64,000 nucleotides of DNA from Schmidtea nova (taxonomy: Eukaryota), in contig CM097883.1 of NCBI GenBank assembly GCA_044892505.1, positions 151,962,001 through 152,026,000 on the forward strand. Direction: 5' to 3'. Each line of letters begins with the position of its first letter. Positions within the stretch are counted from its first letter, which is position 1. This document shows positions 13,822 through 26,110 of this stretch, one piece after another. Below the pieces are notes generated by a model. The model searched no databases. It was given only the letters and a program-made list of their open reading frames with translations, and was not told where the DNA came from. The position numbers and the translations under genes are program-made.

Positions 13822-13900
<79 letters not shown>
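13822..13900. repeat. (TA)n microsatellite
   Basis: Visible dinucleotide run. Confidence 0.95.
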
Positions 13901-15819
13901 TAGCCCCACGTCGAGCCGGTGAATAGGATATGTATATGATGATAGCAACTGTCCATTATCGAATTATCATCCGCCGTTATATATTTATATATATTTTGCA
14001 TTTCTCCCTTTTCTCAATTGAGATTTACCTGCAATTTAGAGCTCTCCTGTAATGCGGGTAAAAGCGGATAAATTTCCATTTTAATTTCATTTTCCAAGGA
14101 TAAAATCTGTTCTCGGCTTTCTTTATGGAATGTGAGTTTTTAACAGACAAAAGTCACGATTTGAAATTCTGACTTCCTGTTGAGTATTTTCATTTGATAG
14201 AACCCCGTAGGTTCATTATTTGTTTTCTTTTTCTTGTTTAATCTATAATAAGTCAACAACTTATTATTTCGATTGAGTACAATATGTCACTATNNNNNNN
14301 NNNNNNNNNNNNNNNNNNNNNNNNNNNNNNNNNNNNNNNNNNNNNNNNNNNNNNNNNNNNNNNNNNNNNNNNNNNNNNNNNNNNNNNNNNNNNNNNNNNN
14401 NNNNNNNNNNNNNNNNNNNNNNNNNNNNNNNNNNNNNNNNNNNNNNNNNNNNNNNNNNNNNNNNNNNNNNNNNNNNNNNNNNNNNNNNNNNNNNNNNNNN
14501 NNNNNNNNNNNNNNNNNNNNNNNNNNNNNNNNNNNNNNNNNNNNNNNNNNNNNNNNNNNNNNNNNNNNNNNNNNNNNNNNNNNNNNNNNNNNNNNNNNNN
14601 NNNNNNNNNNNNNNNNNNNNNNNNNNNNNNNNNNNNNNNNNNNNNNNNNNNNNNNNNNNNNNNNNNNNNNNNNNNNNNNNNNNNNNNNNNNNNNNNNNNN
14701 NNNNNNNNNNNNNNNNNNNNNNNNNNNNNNNNNNNNNNNNNNNNNNNNNNNNNNNNNNNNNNNNNNNNNNNNNNNNNNNNNNNNNNNNNNNNNNNNNNNN
14801 NNNNNNNNNNNNNNNNNNNNNNNNNNNNNNNNNNNNNNNNNNNNNNNNNNNNNNNNNNNNNNNNNNNNNNNNNNNNNNNNNNNNNNNNNNNNNNNNNNNN
14901 NNNNNNNNNNNNNNNNNNNNNNNNNNNNNNNNNNNNNNNNNNNNNNNNNNNNNNNNNNNNNNNNNNNNNNNNNNNNNNNNNNNNNNNNNNNNNNNNNNNN
15001 NNNNNNNNNNNNTTATTTTATTTTAAAACAAATTAAAATATTTATCAATATTAGTATGGAAAAGGGCAAAATACGTAATGAAGGGATGCTGAAAATTGGT
15101 TTAAGTGCTAAACATGGTTGTATATAAAACCTAGAGGCGTCCTTACTATAGAAAACAAAATAAATAATAAGTTAGACTCGTGAGATGGATAAAAGAGTTC
15201 TTAGTTAATTACCCATAAAAAATGCAATGATTGATGATTTATGCAGTATTATTGTCACTTAATAAACCTGTGAGGAAAATTTGGTAATTTATGATAACTC
15301 AAGCCTTCTAGTCAACTATTAGACATGAATGGTTCAGCTATCAACATCTCAATGTTATACGAAAGAAAATCGAGTAAAATCGAGAAAAATGAAAACTTTA
15401 AGAGAAAGAACGATCACTCCTTCACTTCATCAAGTATACTTGATATTTATCCAACAGGCTGCCCCCTTCTAGTCTTATGTCAGGCTAAGAAATTTAAAGA
15501 TTTGGAAGTACTCGAAAAGCTTTTCATCTCTTGGCGAAATCACGTGATCATAATTTATTTTAAAATGACATCATAGAAAATCATAGAACGTTGAGATATA
15601 GTATTAACGTAAAAGACAAATATCCCACTAATGTTAAAAATGGGTTTTATAAGTATTAGAATTTTTATTTCGAGTTATAAAACATTTTTTTAGTTTGGCT
15701 CGAATAAACATTTGAGTTGTCAATGGGGTTTAAGTTGAACAGACTTTTTTTTTAATTGCTTGGGTTTAATAAAATTAGTTGAATACAAAAAAAACATTAA
15801 AACTAAGTAAAAATCAAGA

Positions 15820-18400
15820 ATTAGAAAATTTAGAAAATTTGAGAATAGAGATTTAACAGGGGAAATTGGTATGGGTGGATGCCGAATATTAATCCTAATC
15901 CAAAAATGATAAAATAAAATAAACGGGGGATCCCCAGAAGAAAAGAATTTTAAAAATTAAAAAATTACTAAGAATTAATTGGCTTATGGGAAACTCGAGC
16001 AAATGGAGAGCCTGAATAGTGTGGGAAGCTCGAATGAGCAGTATAACAGATAATTATCCTTAAGAAAATTAATTCTAAGGGATACCCGAAGAACATAGTT
16101 GACGGAGGGATGATTGGCAATTAGGAAATGTCAAATTGAAACATCAGATAATCAAAATCCATCAAACGGAGCACTATAAAAAGGAGAGGCAAATATCAAA
16201 GTTTGCCAGAGTGGTCGAAGCTAAAAAGTTAGTAAACGATTATCGAACGAGAAACCCAGTAAACGAATTAGAAGTAACAGTTAAGAGTTAGAAGTTAAAT
16301 TTATTCTTCAATCGTACGAATCTCTGCTCTAAGTTGGAAAAACAGTCAAATAAAGGTTATTTTGAAGTTTTTTACAGAAACTTGTTGTGTAAGAAATTGT
16401 GTCAAAGAATTGTGATAGTTTCGAAAACATTATTCAGTGTTGGGTTAATTTATTATATCAATCTTAAGAACACCGAGGAGTCAGACAAACAGTACCGACT
16501 AATTGTATATATACCCAACAAAATTAATATCTATAGAAATATTAGGGATTGACCTTATGTCATAATAATCAATTATGTTTAAAATTACTAAAAATAAAAA
16601 ATCTACATTTAATTACTAAAAATAAAAATATAATATAAATAATATTTTTATAATACTAAAAATAATTAAAGTCATAAAAATAGAAAGGTAAACAATAGAA
16701 TGACATTTTTAAATAATTCATATAAATAAGGTCATTATGACCAGTTGAATGATGATAAAAGTATAAACAGCGGACGCAGGTGTTTATTTTAATCCGAATA
16801 TAAATTCTATTGCTTTGCAATAAATTTAGAGAAAAACTTACGAGAGAAAATGTAGATCCAGAAGCTAAGAAAATTATATTGATAAATTTTACTGCTCTAC
16901 GAAGTCTTTAGAAGAAAGCGATTTTACTGAATTGTGAATCTGTTATAATTGGTAAAAATATTGTTTTCTTTGTAAGATTATTTGTTAAAATCAACCGTGA
17001 ACCAACCATTTGATTAGTTGTGTTCACCAGGGATGCGCTAAACTAGAAACTTTCTTACCCTTCTTTATTTACTGAAGCGGTGTGAGCATCTAGTACCACC
17101 GGTATCTTTTATAAATTCTTCAGCGGTATTTAATACCATTTGTTGTAGTTTTTCTGTTAACATACATCTACACATTTATTGTACCAACTAAAATAAACTT
17201 TATAAACGAACACTTACTTATTTGTTTTTTTTTATATTCATACTTATATTTATTATCATAATTTGGAGTCAGACCTGTGTTAAGGTTGAGATATCCGCAA
17301 TTTATTTAAGTTAAGATCATAACGATCCTATCATAAATCTCTGTGACTTGTGCTAACAGTAGAGAAAGAATGCTAATTACAATTTAAACGGGAAAACCGA
17401 GTAAATATAATTTTCCCACGATATTGCTAAATGACCTTCCAGAATATTGAGATATATAAATAAAATGTGACTTTTAATAAAAATAAAGTGCATTTTAAGT
17501 TTTTAAATAGCCCTGACTATTATATATTTTTAATTTAATTAGCTTGATTTATGTATCTACGTATATATTTTACATGCTCAGTTGCCATGTGTTGTTTATG
17601 GGGATTTGTCTTTTATTTTTCTTAACTAAATTATTTTCCTTACATTCTTATAGGCAAAAAGGCTACTGGGGATGATGGAGTCGGGTTTATTTTTAAGTCG
17701 GTATAAATTTCTGACTCCTCTTGCTCTTTTTAATATTAATTAAAGTCCCAACACAATAACCTTTATTTGAATTCAACACAAAATCTACAATTAGCAATAA
17801 CAGTTTTAAATTGTTCTGCCCTTTTCTGATGTTAGACGGCGGTCATCCAACAGGAGATCCGTCTTTCTGGTAAGCGATAATTGATTTGATGTGGTTGATA
17901 CTATCTGTCTGCTAAGTTCTCCTCTTACCAACCTTTTGAATATTTTTAAAAATTTGTCTTCAAATAATCAGTAACTTCATGTATTTTATTTGAGTTTATA
18001 TAATGATTCCTGTCACTCAAGTTGATTGGGCACTAATTGGGTTTTGTTGATAGCAATCCCAAATCTTTGGGGGGTTTCCTTAAAATAATTAAATCACTTT
18101 GTTTATCCCCCATGCATTTTCGGTCTTATTTGTTATCTCGAGTTTTCCTTACTCGCAATTTATCTAGGATAATCAAATTTATTTGTTGTCTCACACGGCT
18201 CGAGCTTCATATTTGCTCGGGTTTTCCATTTAGTAATTAATTTTTAACTAATTAATTTTCCCCTCATATTTCTTTCTAGGAACCCTCCTTTGATTTTTAT
18301 TATTATAATTGGACTCGTCCCATCAATTGATATCCGCCCATACGAGTTTCCACGCAAAATGTTTATTTTTATTTTTCAAATTTTTAAGTAATTTTTGTAT
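15820..18400. repeat. Family C: old diverged dispersed repeat, here an inverted pair (about 15820-16300 + and 17660-18400 -)
   Basis: Shared motifs ggaaa(t/c)t(g/c)gtatggg(t/c)ggat and gg(g/a)aa(a)c(t/c)cgagcaaat on opposite strands. Related copies lie at about 38280-39100 (-) and about 47450-47800 (+). Confidence 0.5.
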
Positions 18401-19463
18401 TTATATTATTACTTTTTAAATTTTCATCTTTCTTTTTATTTGCGCATAATTTGTGTACTTTTTATATTATTTCGTGCCTGTTCAGGCCAACCAAAACAAT
18501 TGTAAGAATATATGACAATAATTTATAATTAACTAATTATACAACCGGGTTACTACGATATAATGTTTGTTGACTGATGCAGGAATGTTTGTGTGTAATA
18601 AAGTGAAGTAAGTATGTTTGTAATCTGTACCAATGATGTAACTTAAACTAATAGTACTCGCTTTTCTAGATGACTTAATTAGAAGTACTGTAAATAGTAA
18701 GTAGGTAGTTAATGGCCCTTAAACTCACTTCAAATTCTACCCACCCCCACCCCTAGAAAATTTTTTTTCTGCGTTGACGGGCCACTATGTTTTTCTGGCC
18801 ATTTTTGTATTGGAAATTTATTGTCGGTCTTTTGTACAGGTGCGTTAGCGGGCCATTATGTTTTTGAGTCGATCTTTTGTATTGGAAAATTTTTGTCGGT
18901 CTTTTGTACAGGGATTTTGAGCTCCGAGATTTTGCTCGGGCAAAAAGGGACTCTCGTATTTTTGTACATGGAATTTTGGTCTAGATTTTTTTTTGTACAG
19001 GGATTTGGGCTCCGAGATTTTTCTCGAGCAAAAAAGGACTCTGGTATTTTGTACATGGAATTTTGGTCGAGGTTTTTGTACAGCATTTTCTACTCCCAGA
19101 TTCTTTCTAGGACATAAAGAGACTAGTAATTATTATACAGAAATTTTCAAGAGATTTTTTATGGTAAATAAAAACACGTTAAATTTATCAAAATGTTAAA
19201 TAGATTTAAATGGTTTTTATTTCTATGGTAAAATACAAAGACAAAAGAATGACATAATATTTAAAATTTAAGAAAAAAGGGTAAAATCATGGCAATGTGA
19301 GAGTTGAAATGACACAATATTTAAAATTTAATAAATAAAAATGGTAAAATTAATTTTTTGGAGAAATCAGAGTTGGTAAATTTTTAACTAATAAAAAGAA
19401 AAATTTTTAACTAATAAAAATTCAAATAAATAAAAAGAAACATTTTTAACTAAATTTTATTAA

Positions 19464-20261
19464 AGTAAATCTTCTTCATCGTCTTCTTCTGTAACTTGAT
19501 TGAATTCTCTGTCATTAATGTCTTTATAATGCCCGTATGCACAACTTTCATTTTTTCCCACCCAAACCCTTTTATCATCTTTATTACTTAGTGCAATTTT
19601 TGAATTTTTAAAGCTATATAACTGATGATTATTTTGTACCTATTCTAAATTGTGGTACACTAATCTCTGAGTTATTTAAATAACATTTTACATATGAATC
19701 GTGGTCTATTTTAGTATCCTTTAATGTTGCTCCCTTAGCTTTTGTAGTATTAGTTTTCCCCAACAAGCTGTAACATTTCGGTCTAAGGAAAATCCACTCA
19801 TCATATCCTTCACCCTTACTTTCATCTTTGAATTTCCCAATAACAGAATCCAATTTCTTGCTGTATAGTGGGTGATCAGTTGGATAATTTGATGTATCTA
19901 ACAAGTTATCATTTTTCATTTCATTTAATAATATTTCTAATTTTTAATTTTTAATTTCTAGAAAAAACGAATCTGTATCGCCTGCTACGATATTTATTTG
20001 ACAACTATATTTGTCGCGATATTTTTGTAAATCTTTGTATTGTAATTCGTACATTCGAAGTTTTGATAAATCAAGCACTGATTGTCCAATATAACTCGGT
20101 CTATCTTAACAAATCGAATCTGGATTTAATAAAGCAGCAACTAAATTATCGTCAATTTTAATAGATTTTTTGAAAGAAGGTTTTGATGTATATTTAACTA
20201 GTTTTTTCTCCATTGAACATAATCTTAAATTCATTCTCCTTTTAAGATTTTCCACTGTTTT
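19464..20261 (-). pseudogene. polB: Inverted copy of the pPolB C-terminal part (left arm)
   Basis: KTVENLKRR...AGDTDS...FLRPKCYS...DDKR...AYGHY, with the same two stops and frameshift as the right arm. Confidence 0.9.
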
Positions 20262-20281
20262 CCACTGTTTCAGATGTATAT

Positions 20282-21790
20282 TATCTTCAACCGCTTTTAA
20301 AAAATCTTCTACACAATTTAGTCCAATAAATTGTTGGTAAGATTTTGTCCCATCAAAGTTATTTATTAACAAAAGACCCGCAGAAATAGGCAAGTGTTTC
20401 TGATAATATACATCATCCTTTGGTAAAATTGATTCAAAGTCTGCATAAATAACGAATGGTGGGGTAACAGTTTTTGACCAATCTGTAAATATTAGCATTT
20501 TATTTTCCGGGAAAGAGTATAATGTTGTTCCTAGTTGATTTTTTCTGCATAAAATCTCATGTTTTTCCAACGATAATTTATTTGGGAAACCATTTAAATA
20601 TCTACTGCACCATTCACTTCTTATCCTAGTAGTACAATAAATGCTTTGGTGACAATTCATTAAACGTTTTAAATTTATAATAGATACATAATGATATTTT
20701 CCCCCTTCATTTAATAACAATAAATTTATAGTTTTTCCTTCTATTACTTTTGACCGATGAATAATATCCAAATGAGGATGCTTTAAAATATAATCATCTT
20801 GCTCTTCATTAATTTCATTATTAAAACATAGTACATTTATGATCAAACCTGGATTCTTTGCCTCGAATTTTCTGATACTATTTAATTTCATGGGCATGTC
20901 TGATATATCATATTTGAGCTCTGACAAAAAATTTGTATATTTTGATACTCTTTCTTTAATTCTAGATATTGAATCATATTTTAATATAGCTAAAATGCTA
21001 TATAAAAACATAAATTATCCTTATTATCGATGTTTAATATACATCTCTTTTCTTTTAATCCTTCAGGAGTTTTTACAATGCTTCTACCTGCTAACCTACT
21101 TATATTGGATGACTTAGTTACAACAAAATTTATTTCAGTAATACGATTAAGTACACAACTGCTACCTAATTCCGCAAATGAAGTTATCTTTTCATTCAAT
21201 TTTTTAATTCCCTCTTCGAAAGATGTATGTGTCAGAGGTTTTGCACTATTGGAAATATTGTTTCTTTTAATTTCTCCATCTTTCTCAAATTCAACACAGA
21301 TACCAAATTGTATCTTCACATAGCCTAGTTCGTTAACTATTTCTATTAATTTATTAATAAATAATTGTGGAAAAATAATTTGCTTTATATTTAAATCACT
21401 AGTGTTAATTTTTTAAATCCTATGCGATCCATTTAAATCACTTTCAATGACAGGGAGAAGTTCTATAACACTTCCTCCAGTTTGATAAAATCCAACGTTC
21501 CAAATATCTTCATTCTCTTCCATCGCTTCAATTAAAATCTTGTTTTCATCCGCTTCCACCTCTTCCATCGCTTCTAATAAAATCTTGTCTTCAATCTCTT
21601 CTTGTAAATTTTGTGATTTCTTGATTATTTCTATGTTCAATTTAATCTTTTTATTATTTATAGGGTTTTGAGTCAAGTTTGGTCTTTTAAATAATTTTAT
21701 TTTCTTAAACCTATATTTATTTAAATGATCCTTATGTTCATCGTAAAAAATTTATATGTAAGGGGTTGGGAAGTTTGGCATACGGGACAT
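20282..21790 (-). pseudogene. polB: pPolB N-terminal region (frameshifted)
   Basis: ELGSSCVLNRI..I...SRLAGRSIVKTP..L..KRCILNIDNKDNLCF/LYSILA, FE.KNP.L.INV, LLL...GKYHYVSI.NL.RL and PPFVIYADFESIL are the typical Polinton PolB N-terminus and ExoI region. Confidence 0.85.
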
Positions 21791-22327
21791 ATATAATAGC
21801 GAATTTTATAATAAGAGTGTCCATAATATTGCTCTATTGATCGATAACAATTATCGTTGTGGTCAGTTGAAAAGCAATAATTTGGGTATAAAGCACCTAT
21901 GAATGTAAAGTAATGTTAAAAGAAATAATAATAATATTATCAAATTATATATTTACAAATATTTTACTATATTTATTTACTAAATTAATTAAAAGTTAAT
22001 CAAATTAATTAAAATTAATCAAAACTTACATTGAACATTCAATACCACATCAGGTATAGCTCCATTATTCATAATATTCTCATTATTGACAATCTCAGCT
22101 TGTACGGTAGTTTGTTCAGTCATATTTACATCACCTAAAGTAAAAGTTAAATAATATACTAAGTTAATGATTAAGTACAATTTTCTTCCGCATTTTCTAA
22201 CATCGATTTCCCAATTGAATTATTGAGATTACCTAAATTAATACTAAATGATAATAAATTAAAAAATAAATTTACCATTTTCTTTTCCACTTGGGTTTTC
22301 GTTCCTAAAACTTGTTATAATGTTCAT
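21721..22327 (-). CDS. Predicted 4-exon spliced ORF (128 aa), possibly the 5' exons of pPolB
   Basis: Exons 22327-22276, 22232-22179, 22134-22030 and 21896-21721. Introns of 43, 44 and 133 nt are all GT..AG and phase 1, and the frame stays open from ATG to TAA. The last exon contains CPVC. Confidence 0.6.
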
Positions 22328-22412
22328 TTTAAATGTTTATTATTTGTTAAAAAGAATAATGAATGAAAAAGTATTGTTTATATATCAAAGTTATTACACG
22401 CACATAACCTTT

Positions 22413-22475
22413 GACCAATAAAAATCGAGTAAGGGTAGGAAATTTATTCTTATTAGCCAATCAGAATCGAGTAAG
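22413..22475. promoter_or_regulatory. Tandem CCAAT-containing motif upstream of the spliced ORF
   Basis: ccaataaaaatcgagtaag and ccaatcagaatcgagtaag occur about 43 bp apart, 90-150 bp upstream of ATG 22327. Confidence 0.35.
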
Positions 22476-23050
22476 AGGCAGTAAAGGTATTATTATCATC
22501 AAATCAAGTTCAAGAAAATGATAGAGAATTATGACTAAATATATATTACGTTGCAGTATTTTAAAAAAACTATAAAAGTTATTTCAACAAATTATAATAT
22601 ACATCAAAGTTATAAAATATTTCAATGAATTGCATACATGTCATATGATTAAAATATATTAGACTAAATATTTCAGTGAATTAGATCTAAATTATATTAC
22701 ATTTCAATAATTTCGTCAGTTATAAAAATATTTTAATTAATTTTGATAAAATACATTAGAATTGTCATTAACACACACAAAACTTTTATAATTTTCATTA
22801 GTATATGATAGAAAATTAAATTATATCTACACATGATTATAATAAATATTCGATAAATCTATGCTAAATAGCCGAAAAAATCCAGTATTTTATTACAAAA
22901 CACGTGTGCATCACAAACATATCAATATACCTAATTTTTAATAAAGCTATTTTGTAGAAAATTAAATTTTATCTCTACAGTATTACAATGAAAACTTATT
23001 TAAATTACTTTATATAGACGAAAAATGCAAAATTACTGACAAATCTTCAT

Positions 23051-25178
23051 TGTGTAGAAGATTTTTTAAAAGCGGTTGAAGATATTGCTTTATTAAAAGT
23101 TCTTCCATATTACAATAAAAACGGAAACAAACCAATGAATAGATTGACTGAAATTGAAGAGGATCAATTTAAAAATGGTACCACTTGTTACTTTTGTATG
23201 AAAAATATCGTAGATCCTGTAAGAGACCACGACCATTTCACTGGGAAATATTTAGGTGCAGCATGTCAAACGTGTAACATTAATAGAAAAATCAATAAGT
23301 CTTTACCAATAGTTTTTCATAACTTGAAAGGATACGATATGCACCATATTCTTAAACACGGATTAAATAAGTTCAAGAATTGGTCATTGTGTTGTATACC
23401 TATTACAACTGAAAAATTTATTTCATTGATAGCTCATGTTGACAAGATTAGTTTAAGATTTATAGACTCATACCAGTTTGTGAATGATTCTTTGGCAAAG
23501 GCAGTGAAAACGTTGAAATCTTTACCTTTGACAAATTCGGTTTTTAATGGAACTATAGTTTCTGAAAAGGGTATTTTTCCGTATAGCTTTGCTACAAGTT
23601 TAGAAGTACTTAAAAATACTTATGAGTTACCACCAATCTGGAAAGGTGTTTTAAAAGAAGAATATGAAATGGCAAAACTGATTTGGATAGAAACAAACTG
23701 TGTTACTCTTTTAGATTATATGATGACTTACTTGAAACTTGATTGCTTTCTTTTGGCTGATTTCTTTCATCAATTTCGAACCAAATCTATTGCTCACAAT
23801 AGATTAGAGTCATTGAATTACTTCGGTATTCCTGGCATTTCTTGGTCATCTTCTTTATTGACTTTAGATGAACCAATAGAATTAATAACAGAAAATGAAA
23901 TGTTTAGCTTTTATATAAATAATCTTTACGGATGGGCTTTAAGTCAACCTTTACCTTGTGGAGAATTTAGTTGGGTGACTGATAATTTAGATAATATTTT
24001 GCATGACTGTATTAATCTAAATATTGAATCTATATCTTACGGTTACACTTTAGAGGTAGATTTGGAAATACCTGCTGAAATTCATGATTTCTTGGATGAT
24101 TTCCCGGTAGCTGCAGAAAAAATGAAACCACGAGGTTCAAAAGTAGAAAAATTACTATTGACTCATTACCCTAAAAAGAATTATATAATTCATTGGCGAT
24201 TACTTCAATTATATTTAGGACTTGGTGTTAAAGTCACAAAGATAAATAGAGCAGTTAAATTTAAACAATCTCCAATTTTCAAAAAGTATATAGACACCAA
24301 CACTGAATTGCGGGCGAAAAGTACTAATACTTTAGATAAAAACATTTTCAAATTACTCAATAATAGTCTGTATGGCAAAACAGTGGAAAATCTTAAAAGG
24401 AGAATGAATTTAAGATTATGTTCAACGGAGAAAAAACTAGTTAAATATACATCAAAACCTTCTTTCAAAAAATCTATTAAAATTGACGATAATTTAGTTG
24501 CTGCTTTATTAAATCCAGATTCGATTTGTTAAGATAGACCGAGTTATATTGGACAATCAGTGCTTGATTTATCAAAACTTCGAATGTACGAATTACAATA
24601 CAAAGATTTACAAAAATATCGCGACAAATATAGTTGTCAAATAAATATCGTAGCAGGCGATACAGATTCGTTTTTTCTAGAAATTAAAAATTAAAAATTA
24701 GAAATATTATTAAATGAAATGAAAAATGATAACTTGTTAGATACATCAAATTATCCAACTGATCACCCACTATACAGCAAGAAATTGGATTCTGTTATTG
24801 GGAAATTCAAAGATGAAAGTAAGGGTGAAGGATATGATGAGTGGATTTTCCTTAGACCGAAATGTTACAGCTTGTTGGGGAAAACTAATACTACAAAAGC
24901 TAAGGGAGCAACATTAAAGGATACTAAAATAGACCACGATTCATATGTAAAATGTTATTTAAATAACTCAGAGATTAGTGTACCACAATTTAGAATAGGT
25001 ACAAAATAATCATCAGTTATATAGCTTTAAAAATTCAAAAATTGCACTAAGTAATAAAGATGATAAAAGGGTTTGGGTGGGAAAAAATGAAAGTTGTGCA
25101 TACGGGCATTATAAAGACATTAATGACAGAGAATTCAATCAAGTTACAGAAGAAGACGATGAAGAAGATTTACTTTAA
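23051..25178 (+). pseudogene. polB: Protein-primed family B DNA polymerase, middle and C-terminal part
   Basis: DHDHFTGKYLGAACQTCN, PIVFHNLKGYD, RFIDSY, KGIFPY, YLKLDCFLLAD, NNLYGWALSQPLP, KLLNNSLYGK and AGDTDS. TAA at 24530 and 24692, a +1 frameshift near 25007, and an apparent deletion just before motif A. Confidence 0.92.
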
Positions 25179-26071
25179 TAAAATTTAGTTAAAAATGTTT
25201 CTTTTTATTTATTTGAATTTTTATTAGTTAAAAATTTTTCTTTTTATTAGTTAAAAATTTACCAACTCTGATTTCTCCAAAAAATTAATTTTACCATTTT
25301 TATTTATTAAATTTTAAATATTGTGTCATTTCAACTCTCACATTGCCATGATTTTACCCTTTTTTCTTAAATTTTAAATATTATGTCATTCTTTTGTCTT
25401 TGTATTTTACCATAGAAATAAAAACCATTTAAATCTATTTAACATTTTGATAAATTTAACGTGTTTTTATTTACCATAAAAAATCTCTTGAAAATTTCTG
25501 TATAATAATTACTAGAGTCTCTTTTTGTCCTAGAAAGAATCTGGGAGTAGAAAATGCTGTACAAAAACCTCGACCAAAATTCCATGTACAAAATACCAGA
25601 GTCCTTTTTTGCTCGAGAAAAATCTCGGAGCCCAAATCCCTGTACAAAAAAAAATTCAGACCAAAATTCCATGTACAAAAATTCCAGAGTCTCTTTTTGC
25701 CCGAGAAAAATCTCGGAGCCCAAAATCCCTGTACAAAAGACCGACAAAAATTTTCCAATACAAAAGATCGACTCAAAAACATAATGGCCCGCTAACGCAC
25801 CTGTACAAAAGACCGACAATAAATTTCCAATACAAAAATGGCCAGAATAACAGTGGCCCGTCAACGCAGAAAAAAAAATTTCTAAGGTGGGGTGGGTAGA
25901 ATTTGAAGTGAGTTTAACTACCTACTATAGTACTGTAAAAAAGCAACAATTCGGCCACTAATTTTGACATTGATAATGATTGTCAATAGAACGTTTTATT
26001 TCAAGTTTGGGTCAAGTTTTTTAGTTTATATTTCACTTTGTTTATGAATTATCTTATAAATTAAATAAAAA

Positions 26072-26110
26072 TACAGTGATGCCTCGCATAACACACGTAA
26101 TTCGTTCCAT
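26072..26110 (+). mobile_element. Tigger/pogo-like terminal sequence (orphan end)
   Basis: TA|CAGTGATGCCTCGCATAAC resembles Tigger TIR starts; no partner end was found. Confidence 0.35.

Larger units (their letters stand above)
18700..25926. mobile_element. Polinton/Maverick (adintovirus-like) fold-back derivative, 7227 bp, PolB only
   Basis: Termini AGTAGGTAGTT (18700) and AACTACCTACT (25926); 6-bp TSD ATAGTA at 18694-18699 and 25927-25932; inverted arms 18700-20261 and 24377-25926; protein-primed PolB motifs inside. Confidence 0.92.

Noticed and set aside
1436-15127. ORFs consisting mostly of X (e.g. 1436..1837, 7597..8001, 14273..15127; likewise near 33.8, 41.2, 41.9 and 61.2 kb)
   Set aside because: They are artefacts of translating N gaps.
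18821-19199. ORFs in the Polinton subterminal region (also 25439-25899)
   Set aside because: They derive from tgtacaaaa-containing tandem subrepeats of the terminal repeat and show no protein features.
22695-22725. CTGACGA...GAAA on the minus strand resembling a hammerhead
   Set aside because: Only 7 nt lie between the boxes, with no credible stem II, stem III or stem I.
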